From positions 342,550,001-342,614,000 of the forward strand of contig OZ024742.1 of the NCBI GenBank assembly GCA_964016885.1: 64,000 nucleotides of DNA, written 5' to 3'. This DNA is from Eledone cirrhosa. Lineage: Eukaryota. The translations under genes and the position numbers were made by a program. Below are positions 53,841-64,000 of the stretch, piece by piece. Numbering within the stretch: position 1 is the first letter of the stretch; every line of letters begins with the position of its first letter. Under the pieces are notes generated by a model, which was given only the letters and a program-made list of their open reading frames with translations, did not search any database and was not told the origin of the DNA.

Positions 53841-56800
53841 AGTATGTGATCTACAGTGGTATGAAGTATGTGATCTACAGTGGTATGAAGTATGGGATCT
53901 CCAGTGGTATGAAGTATGTGATCTCCAGTGGTATGAAGTATGTGATCTACAGTGGTATGAAGTATGTGATATCCTGTGGTATGAAGTATGTGATCTCCAG
54001 TGGTATGAAATATGTGATCTCTAGTGGTATGAAGTATGTGATCTGCAGTGGTATGAAGTATGTGATCTCCAGTGGTATGAAGTATGTGATATCCTGTGGT
54101 ATGAAGTATGTGATCTATAGTGGTATGAAGTATGTGATCTCCAGTGGTATAATGTATGTGATCTCCAGTGGTATGAAGTATGTGATCTCCAGTGGTATGA
54201 AGTATGTCAGCTCCAGTGGTATGAAGTATGTGATCTCCAGTGGTATGAAGTATGTGATCTCCAGTGGTATGAGCTATGTCAGCTCCAGTGGTATGAAGTA
54301 TGGGATATCCTGTGGTATGAAGTATGTGATCTACAGTGGTATGAAGTATGTGATCGACAGTGGTATGAAGTATGTGATCTACAGTGGTATGAAGTATGTG
54401 ATATCCTGTGGTATGAAGTATGTGATATACTGTGGTATGAAGTATGTGATCTCCAGGTGTATGAAGTATGTGATCTCCAGTGGTATGAAGTATGTGATCT
54501 CCAGTGGTATGAAGTATGTGATCTACAGTGGTACGAAGTATGTGATCTCCAGTGGTATGAAGTATGTGATAACCTGTGGTATGAAGTATGTGATATCCTG
54601 TGGTATGAAGTATGTGATATCCAGTGGTATGAAGTATGTGATCTACAGTGGTATGAAGTATGTGATCTACAGTGGTATGAAGTATGTGATCTACAGTGGT
54701 ATGAAGTATGTGATATCCTGTGGTATGAAGTATGTGATCTCCAGTGGTATGAAGTATGTGATCTACAGTGGTATGAAGTATGTAATCTCCAGTGGTATGA
54801 AGTATGTGATCTCCAGTGGTATGAAGTATGTCATCTCCAGTGGTATGAAGTATGTGATCTACAGTGGTATGAAGTATGTAATCTCCAGTGGTATGAAATA
54901 TGTGATATCCAGTGGTATGAAGTATGTGATCTCCTGTGGTATGAAATATGTCAGCTCCAGTGGTATGAAGTATGTGATCTCCAGTGGTATTAAGTATGTG
55001 ATCTCCAGTGGTATGAAATATGTGATCTACAGTGGTATGAAGTATGTGATCTCCAGTGGTATGAAGTATGTGATCTCCAGTGGTATGAAGTATGTGATCT
55101 CCAGTGGTATGAAGTATGTCAGCTCCAGTGGTATGAAGTATGTGATCTCCAGTGGTATGAAATATGTGATCTACAGTAGTATGAAGTATGTTAGCTCCAG
55201 TGGTATGAAGTATGTGATCTACAGTGGTATGAAGTATGTCAGCTCCAGTAGTATGAAGTATGTCAGCTCCAGTGGTATGAAGTATGTGATCTCCAGTGGT
55301 ATGAAGTATGTGATCTCCAGTGGTATGAAGTATGTGATCTCCAGTGGTATGAAGTATGTGATCTCCAGTGGTATGAAGTATGTCAACTCCAGTGGTATGA
55401 AGTATGTCAGCTCCAGTGGTATGAAGTATGTGATCTACAGTGGTATGAAGTATGTGATCTAAAGTGGTATGAAGTATGTCAACTCCAGTGGTATGAAGTA
55501 TGTGATCTCCAGTGGTATGAAGTATGTGATCTCCAGTGGTATGAAGTATGTGATCTCCAGTGGTATGAAGTATGTCAGCTCCAGTGGTATGAAGTATGTG
55601 ATATCCTGTGGTATGAAGTATGTGATCTACAGTGGTATGAAGTATGTGATCTACAGTGGTATGAAGTATGTGATCTACAGTGGTATGAAGTATGGGATCT
55701 CCAGTGGTATGAAGTATGTGATCTCCAGTGGTATGAAGTATGTGATCTACAGTGGTATGAAGTATGTGATATCCTGTGGTATGAAGTATGTGATCTCCAG
55801 TGGTATGAAATATGTGATCTCTAGTGGTATGAAGTATGTGATCTGCAGTGGTATGAAGTATGTGATCTCCAGTGGTATGAAGTATGTGATATCCTGTGGT
55901 ATGAAGTATGTGATCTATAGTGGTATGAAGTATGTGATCTCCAGTGGTATAATGTATGTGATCTCCAGTGGTATGAAGTATGTGATCTCCAGTGGTATGA
56001 AGTATGTCAGCTCCAGTGGTATGAAGTATGTGATCTCCAGTGGTATGAAGTATGTGATCTCCAGTGGTATGAGCTATGTCAGCTCCAGTGGTATGAAGTA
56101 TGGGATATCCTGTGGTATGAAGTATGTGATCTACAGTGGTATGAAGTATGTGATCGACAGTGGTATGAAGTATGTGATCTACAGTGGTATGAAGTATGTG
56201 ATATCCTGTGGTATGAAGTATGTGATATACTGTGGTATGAAGTATGTGATCTCCAGGTGTATGAAGTATGTGATCTCCAGTGGTATGAAGTATGTGATCT
56301 CCAGTGGTATGAAGTATGTGATCTACAGTGGTACGAAGTATGTGATCTCCAGTGGTATGAAGTATGTGATAACCTGTGGTATGAAGTATGTGATATCCTG
56401 TGGTATGAAGTATGTGATATCCAGTGGTATGAAGTATGTGATCTACAGTGGTATGAAGTATGTGATCTACAGTGGTATGAAGTATGTGATCTACAGTGGT
56501 ATGAAGTATGTGATATCCTGTGGTATGAAGTATGTGATCTCCAGTGGTATGAAGTATGTGATCTACAGTGGTATGAAGTATGTAATCTCCAGTGGTATGA
56601 AGTATGTGATCTCCAGTGGTATGAAGTATGTCATCTCCAGTGGTATGAAGTATGTGATCTACAGTGGTATGAAGTATGTAATCTCCAGTGGTATGAAATA
56701 TGTGATATCCAGTGGTATGAAGTATGTGATCTCCTGTGGTATGAAATATGTCAGCTCCAGTGGTATGAAGTATGTGATCTCCAGTGGTATTAAGTATGTG

Positions 56801-57048
56801 ATCTCCAGTGGTATGAAATATGTGATCTACAGTGGTATGAAGTATGTGATCTCCAGTGGTATGAAGTATGTGATCTCCAGTGGTATGAAGTATGTGATCT
56901 CCAGTGGTATGAAGTATGTCAGCTCCAGTGGTATGAAGTATGTGATCTCCAGTGGTATGAAATATGTGATCTACAGTAGTATGAAGTATGTTAGCTCCAG
57001 TGGTATGAAGTATGTGATCTACAGTGGTATGAAGTATGTCAGCTCCAG
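53445..57048. repeat. Apparently identical tandem duplication of 1,800 bp (75 monomers): ~53445-55244 and ~55245-57048
   Basis: Private variants recur at exactly +1,800: TCTAGT (54020/55820), ATAATG (54150/55950), ATGAGC (54270/56070), ATCGAC (54353/56153), TCCAGGTGT (54452/56252). ORF pairs 53669/55469 and 54457/56257. Confidence 0.93.
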
Positions 57049-59149
57049 TGGTATGAAGTATGTGATCTCCAGTGGTATGAAGTATGTGATCTCCTGTGGT
57101 ATGATGTATGTGATCTAGAGTGGTATGAAGTATGTGATCTACAGTGGTATGAAGTATGTGATCTCCAGTGGTATGAAGTATGTGATCTACAGTGGTATGA
57201 AGTATGTGATATACAGTGGTATGAAGTATGTGATCTACAGTGGTATGAAGTATGTGATCTCCAGTGGTATGAAGTATGTCAGCTCCAGTGGTATGAAGTA
57301 TGTGATCTACAGTGGTATGAAGTATGTGATCTACAGTGGTATGAAGTATGTGATCTCCAGTGGTATGAAGTATGTGATCTCCAGTGGTATGAAGTATGTG
57401 ATCTCCAGTGGTATGAAGTATGTGATCTCCATTGGTATGAAGTATGTGATCTACAGTGGTATGAAGTATGTCAGCTCCAGTGGTATGAAGTATGAGATCT
57501 ACAGTGGTATTAAGTATGTGATCTACAGTGGTATGAAGTATGTCAGCTCCAGTGGTATGAAGTATATGATCTACAGTGGTATGAAGTATGTGATCTACAG
57601 TGGTATGAAGTATGTGATCTACAGTGGTATGAAGTATGTCAGCTCCAGTGGTATGAAGTATGTGATCTACAGTGGTATGAAGTATGTAATCTACAGTGGT
57701 ATGAAGTATGTGATCTCCAGTGGTATGAAATATGTGATCTCCTGTGGTATGAAATATGTCAGCTCCAGTGGTATGAAGTATGTGATCTCCAGTGGTATGA
57801 AGTATGTGATCTCCAGTGGTATGAAATATGTGATCTACAGTGGTATGAAGTATGTGATCTCCAGTGGTATGAAGTATGTGATCTCCAGCGGTATGAAATA
57901 TGTGATCTCCAGTGGTATGAAGTATGTGATCTCCAGTGGTATGAAGTATGTCATATCCTGTGGTATGAAGTATGTGATCTCCAGTGGTATGAAATATGTC
58001 AGCTCCAGTGGTATGAAGTATGAGATCTACAGTGGTATTAAGTATGTGATCTACAGTGGTATGAAGTATGTGATCTACAGTGGTATGAAGTATTTCAGCT
58101 CCAGTGGTATGAAGTATATGATCTCCAGTGGTATGAAGTATGTGATCTCCAGTGGTATGAAATATGTGATCTACAGTGGTATGAAGTATGTTAGCTCCAG
58201 TGGTATGAAGTATGTGATCTACAGTGGTATGAAGTATGTCATCTCCAGTGGTATGAAGTATGTGATCTACAGTGGTATGAAGTATGTGATATCCTGTGGT
58301 ATGAAGTATGTGATCTCCAGTGGAATGAAGTATGATAGCTCCAGTGGTATGAAGTGTGTGATCTCCAGTGGTATGAAGTATGTGATCTACAGTGGTATGA
58401 AGTATGTGATCTACAGTGGTATGAAGTATGTGATTTACAGTGGTATGAAGTATGTGATCTCCTGTGGTATGAAGTATGTGATCTACAGTGGTATGAAGTA
58501 TGTCATCTCCAGTGGTATGAAGTATGTGATCTACAGTGGTATGAAGTATGTGATATCCTGTGGTATGAAGTATGTGATCTCCAGTGGTATGAAGTATGTC
58601 AGCTCCAGTGGTATGAAGTATGTGATCTCCTGTGGTATGAAGTATGTGATCTACAGTGGTATGAAGTATGTGATCTACAGTGGTATGAAGTATGTCATCT
58701 ACAGTGGTATGAAGTATGTGATATCCTGTGGTATGAAGTATGTGATCTCCAGTGGTATGAAGTATGTCAGCTCCAGTGGTATGAAGTATGTGATCTCCAG
58801 TTGTATGAAGTATGTGATCTACAGTGGTATGAAGTATGTGATCTCCTGTGGTATGAAGTATGTGATCTACAGTGGTATGAATTATGTTAGCTCCTGTGGT
58901 ATGAAGTATGTGATCTCCAGTGGTATGAAGTATGTGATCTCCAGTGGTATGAAGTATGTGATCTACAGTGGTATGAAGTATGTGATCTCCTGTGGTATGA
59001 AGTATGTGATCTACAGTGGTATGAAGTATGTGATCTCCAGTAGTATGAAGTATGTCAGCTCCAGTGGTATGAAGTATGTGATCTCCAGTGGTATGAAGTA
59101 TGTGATCTCCAGTGGTATGAAGTATGTGATCTCCAGTGGTATGAAGTAT

Positions 59150-62100
59150 GTGATCTACAGTGGTATGAAGTATGTGATATCCTGTGGTATGAAGTATGTG
59201 ATATCCTGTGGTATGAAGTGTGTGATCTCCAGTGGTATGAAGTATGTGATCTCCAGTGGTATGAAGTATGTGATCTCCAGTGGTATGAAGTATGTGATAT
59301 CCTGTGGTATGAAGTATGTGATCTCCAGTGGTATGAAGTATGTGATCTCCAGTGGTATGATGTATATGATCTCCAGTGGTATGAAGTATGTGATCTACAG
59401 TGGTATGAAGTATGTGATCTCCAGTAGTATGAAGTATGTCAGCTCCAGTGGTATGAAGTATGTGATCTCCAGTGGTATGAAGTATGTGATCTCCAGTGGT
59501 ATGAAGTATGTGATCTCCAGTGGTATGAAGTATGTGATCTCCAGTGGTATGAAGTATGTCAACTCCAGTGGTATGAAGTATGTCAGCTCCAGTGGTATGA
59601 AGTATGTGATCTCCAGTGGTATGAAGTATGTGATCTCCAGTGGTATGAAGTATGTCAGCTCCAGTGGTATGAAGTATGTGATATCCTGTGGTATGAAGTA
59701 TGTGATCTACAGTGGTATGAAGTATGTGATCTCCAGTGGTATGAAGTATGTGATCTCCAGTGGTATGAAGTATGTGATCTCCAGTGGTATGAAGTATGTG
59801 ATCTCCAGTGGTATGAAATATGTGATCTACAGTGGTATGAAGTATGTGATCTCCAGTGGTATGAAGTATGTGATCTCCAGTGGTATGAAATATGTGATCT
59901 CCAGTGGTATGAAGTATGTGATCTCCAGTGGTATGAAGTATGTCATATCCTGTGGTATGAAGTATGTGATCTCCAGTGGTATGGAGTATGTCAGCTCCAG
60001 TGGTATGAAGTATGTGATCTCCAGTGGTATGAAGTATGTGATCTCCAGTGGTATGAAATATGTGATCTACAGTGGTACGAAGTATGTTAGCTCCAGTGGT
60101 ATGAAGTATGTGATCTACAGTGGTATGAAGTATGTGATCTCCTGTGGTATGAAGTATGTGATCTACAGTGGTATGAAGTATGTGATCTCCAGTGGTATGA
60201 AGTATGTGAGCTACAGTGGTATGAAGTATGTGATCTACAGTGGTATGGAGTATGTCAGCTCCAGTGGTATGAAGTATGTGATCTCCAGTGGTATGAAGTA
60301 TGTGATCTCCAGTGGTATGAAATATGTGATCTACAGTGGTATGAAGTATGTTAGCTCCAGTGGTATGAAGTATGTGATCTACAGTGGTATGAAGTATGTG
60401 ATCTCCTGTGGTATGAAGTATGTGATCTACAGTGGTATGAAGTATGTGATCTCCAGTGGTATGAAGTATGTGAGCTACAGTGGTATGAAGTATGTGATCT
60501 ACAGTGGTATGAAGTATGTGATCTCCAGTGGTATGAAGTATGTTAGCTCCAGTCGTATGAAGTGTGTGATCTACATTGGTATGAAGTATGTGATCTACAG
60601 TGGTATGAAGTATGTGATCTACAGTGGTATGAAGTATGTGATATCCTGTGGTATGAAGTATGTGATCTCCAGTGGTATGAAGTATATGATCTACAGTGGT
60701 ATGAAGTATGTGATCTACAGTGGTATGAAGTATGTGATTTACAGTGGTATGAAGTATGTGATCTACAGTGGTATGAAGTATGTGATCTCCTGTGGTATGA
60801 AGTATGTGATCTACAGTGGTATGAAGTATATGATCTACAGTGGTATGAAGTATGTGATCTACAGTGGTATGAAGTATGTGATTTACAGTGGTATGAAGTA
60901 TGTGATCTACAGTGGTATGAAGTATGTGATCTCCTGTGGTATGAAGTATGTGATCTACAGTGGTATGAAGTATGTGATCTCCAGTGGTATGAAGTATGTG
61001 ATCTACAGTGGTATGAAGTATGTGATATCCTGTGGTATGAAGTATGTGATCTCCAGTGGTATGAAGTATGTCAGCTCCAGTGGTATGAAGTATGTGATCT
61101 CCTGTGGTATGAAGTATGTGATCTACAGTGGTATGAATTATGTGATCTCCAGTGGTATGAAGTATGTGATCTCCAGTGGTATGAAGTATGTCAGCTCTAG
61201 TGGTATGAAGTATGTGATCTCCAGTTGTATGAAGTATGTGATCTACAGTGGTATGAAGTATGTGATCTCCTGTGGTATGAAGTATGTGATCTACAGTGGT
61301 ATGAAGTATGTTAGCTTCTGTGGTATAAAGTATGTGATCTCCAGTGGTATGAAGTATGTGATCTCCAGTGGTATGAAGTATGTGATCTACAGTGGTATGA
61401 AGTATGTGATCTCCTGTGGTATGAAGTATGTGATCTACAGTGGTATGAAGTATGTGATCTCCAGTGGTATGAAGTATGTGATCTACAGTGGTATGAAGTA
61501 TGTGATCTACAGTGGTATGAAGTATGTGATATCCTGTGGTATGAAGTATGTGATCTACAGTGGTATGAAGTATGTGATCTACAGTGGTATGAAGTATGTG
61601 ATCTACAGTGGTATGAAGTATGTGATCTCCAGTGGTATGAAGTATGTAATCTACAGTGGTATGAAGTATGTGATCTCCAGTGGTATGAAGTATGTGATCT
61701 CCTGTGGTATGAAATATGTCAGCTCCAGTGGTATGAAGTATGTGATCTCCAGTGGTATGAAGTATGTGATCTCCAGTGGTATGAAATATGTGATCTACAG
61801 TGGTATGAAGTATGTGATCTCCAGTGGTATGAAGTATGTGATCTCCAGTGGTATGAAGTATGTGATCTCCAGTGGTATGAAGTATGTCAGCTCCAGTGGT
61901 ATGAAGTATGTGATCTCCAGTGGTATGAAATATGTGATCTACAGTGGTATGAAGTATGTTAGCTCCAGTGGTATGAAGTATGTGATCTACAGTGGTATGA
62001 AGTATGTCAGCTCCAGTGGTATGAAGTATGTGATCTCCAGTGGTATGAAGTATGTGATCTACAGTGGTATGAAGTATGTGATCTACAGTGGTATGAAGTA

Positions 62101-64000
62101 TGTGATCTACAGTGGTATGAAGTATGTGATCTACAGTGGTATGAAGTATGTGATATCCTGTGGTATGAAGTATGTGATATCCTGTGGTATGAAGTGTGTG
62201 ATCTCCAGTGGTATGAAGTATGTGATCTCCAGTGGTATGAAGTATGTGATCTCCAGTGGTATGAAGTATGTGATATCCTGTGGTATGAAGTATGTGATCT
62301 CCAGTGGTATGAAGTATGTGATCTCCAGTGGTATGAAGTATATGATCTCCAGTGGTATGAAGTATGTGATCTACAGTGGTATGAAGTATGTGATCTCCAG
62401 TAGTATGAAGTATGTCAGCTCCAGTGGTATGAAGTATGTGATCTCCAGTGGTATGAAGTATGTGATCTCCAGTGGTATGAAGTATGTGATCTCCAGTGTT
62501 ATGAAGTATGTGATCTCCAGTGGTATGAAGTATGTCAACTCCAGTGGTATGAAGTATGTCAGCTCCAGTGGTATGAAGTATGTGATCTCCAGTGGTATGA
62601 AGTATGTGATCTCCAGTGGTATGAAGTATGTCAGCTCCAGTGGTATGAAGTATGTGATATCCTGTGGTATGAAGTATGTGATCTACAGTGGTATGAAGTA
62701 TGTGATCTCCAGTGGTATGAAGTATATGATCTCCAGTGGTATGAAGTATGTGATCTCCAGTGGTATGAAGTATGTGATCTCCAGTGGTATGAAATATGTG
62801 ATCTACAGTGGTATGAAGTATGTGATCTCCAGTGCTATGAAGTATGTGATCTCCAGTGGTATGAAATATGTGATCTCCAGTTGTATGAAGTATGTGATCT
62901 CCAGTGGTATGAATTATGTCATATCCTGTGGTATGAAGTATGTGATCTCCAGTGGTATGGAGTATGTCAGCTTCAGTGGTATGAAGTATGTGATCTCCAG
63001 TGGTATGAAGTATGTGATCTCCAGTGGTATGAAATATGTGATCTACAGTGGTATGAAGTATGTTAGCTCCAGTGGTATGAAGTATGTGATCTACAGTGGT
63101 ATGAAGTATGTGATCTCCTGTGGTATGAAGTATGTGATCTACAGTGGTATGAAGTATGTGATCTCCAGTGGTATGAAGTATGTGAGCTACAGTGGTATGA
63201 AGTATGTGATCTACAGTGGTATGGAGTATGTCAGCTCCAGTGGTATGAAGTATGTGATCTCCAGTGGTATGAAGTATGTGATCTCCAGTGGTATGAAATA
63301 TGTGATCTACAGTGGTATGAAGTATGTTAGCTCCAGTGGTATGAAGTATGTGATCTACAGTGGTATGAAGTATGTGATCTCCTGTGGTATGAAGTATGTG
63401 ATCTACAGTGGTATGAAGTATGTGATCTCCAGTGGTATGAAGTATGTGAGCTACAGTGGTATGAAGTATGTGATCTACAGTGGTATGAAGTATGTGATCT
63501 CCAGTGGTATGAAGTATGTTAGCTCCAGTCGTTTGAAGTGTGTGATCTACATTGGTATGAAGTATGTGATCTACAGTGGTATGAAGTATGTGATCTACAG
63601 TGGTATGAAGTATGTGATATCCTGTGGTATGAAGTATGTGATCTCCAGTGGTATGAAGTATATGATCTACAGTGGTATGAAGTATGTGATCTACAGTGGT
63701 ATGAAGTATGTGATTTACAGTGGTATGAAGTATGTGATCTACAGTGGTATGAAGTATGTGATCTCCTGTGGTATGAAGTATGTGATCTACAGTGGTATGA
63801 AGTATATGATCTACAGTGGTATGAAGTATGTGATCTACAGTGGTATGAAGTATGTGATTTACAGTGGTATGAAGTATGTGATCTACAGTGGTATGAAGTA
63901 TGTGATCTCCTGTGGTATGAAGTATGTGATCTACAGTGGTATGAAGTATGTGATCTCCAGTGGTATGAAGTATGTGATCTACAGTGGTATGAAGTATGTG
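59150..64000. repeat. Duplication with 2,976-bp offset (124 monomers): ~59150-61000 repeated at ~62126-64000, containing nested 264-bp and 144-bp duplications
   Basis: ORF starts 59218/62194; AGTCGT at ~60551/63527; GTGAGCTAC with GAG at 60208, 60472, 63184 and 63448; TATATGATCTAC...ATTTAC pairs 144 bp apart at ~60685/60829 and ~63660/63804. Confidence 0.88.

Larger units (their letters stand above)
1..64000. repeat. Head-to-tail tandem array (satellite / giant minisatellite) of a 24-bp monomer ATGAAGTATGTGATCT(C/A)CAGTGGT, ~2,670 copies, extending beyond both window ends
   Basis: Read directly: the monomer recurs every 24 bp from base 1 to 64000 in one orientation with no intervening unique DNA. 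The ATG phase (position mod 24) changes only at 16 small indels. The consensus is ~38-42% GC, has no CpG, and has a G/T-rich + strand (15 of 24 bases). Confidence 0.99.

Noticed and set aside
60670-60960. Nucleosome-length periodicity (6 monomers = 144 bp, 7 = 168 bp)
   Set aside because: Only isolated 144-bp duplications are seen, and I see no array-wide 6- or 7-monomer period in the variant order.
9-63066. All ORFs in the supplied track as protein-coding genes
   Set aside because: They are translations of a 24-bp monomer that is open in most frames. They overlap in up to five frames, have no unique domain, and are broken by stops and frameshifts that were themselves duplicated.
1-64000. 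CRISPR array (conserved 16-bp part as repeat, variable 8-bp part as spacer)
   Set aside because: The variable part is only ~8 bp and is drawn from a handful of related alleles, not unique 25-45 bp spacers. No leader or cas genes are present.
1-64000. Dam-methylation or replication-origin GATC cluster, or plasmid iterons
   Set aside because: The GATC density follows trivially from the monomer. There are no DnaA boxes, AT-rich unwinding element or rep gene, and iteron arrays are a few copies, not thousands.
1-64000. G-quadruplex or stable hairpin formation
   Set aside because: There is only one GG per monomer and no G3 tracts in the consensus. Inverted elements (TGTGATCTACA, CCAGTGG) give stems of only 3-4 bp.
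1-64000. Synthetic construct, rolling-circle or primer concatemer, or pure sequencing artefact
   Set aside because: The hierarchical shared variants, regional sub-families and differently aged duplications fit evolutionary turnover. A concatemer would show one fixed period with random errors. Individual near-identical blocks could still be assembly artefacts.
1-64000. Embedded transposon, inversion or unique island inside the array
   Set aside because: None seen: monomer phase is accounted for continuously from start to end, and no reverse-complement monomer (ACCACTGGAGATCACATACTTCAT) appears on the + strand.

Overview
The whole 64 kb window is one uninterrupted, single-orientation tandem array of a 24-bp monomer, consensus ATGAAGTATGTGATCT(C/A)CAGTGGT, about 2,670 copies, and it runs off both edges. 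I see no unique sequence, gene, RNA gene, transposon or CRISPR spacer. The long ORFs (MKYVISSG, WYEVCDLQ, HILHTTGD, HWRSHTSY, PLEITYFI) appear because the monomer is a multiple of 3 and lacks stops in most frames. Stops and frameshifts in these frames were copied along with duplicated blocks, so I do not call them genes. The information lies in the order of variant monomers. That order shows nested higher-order duplications (144, 264, 433, 503, 1,034, 1,800, 2,976, ~3,200-3,800, ~7,250-7,600 and 12,192 bp), a change in variant repertoire near 7.1-7.8 kb, an almost invariant half next to a variable half in the monomer, and only 16 net indels. The best reading is a recently and actively amplifying satellite or giant minisatellite, probably eukaryotic; the host cannot be identified from the sequence. 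I found no supportable new gene system. The most speculative lead is that common variants look conservative in the WYEVCDLQ frame, where the main TAG codons fall at Gln positions.
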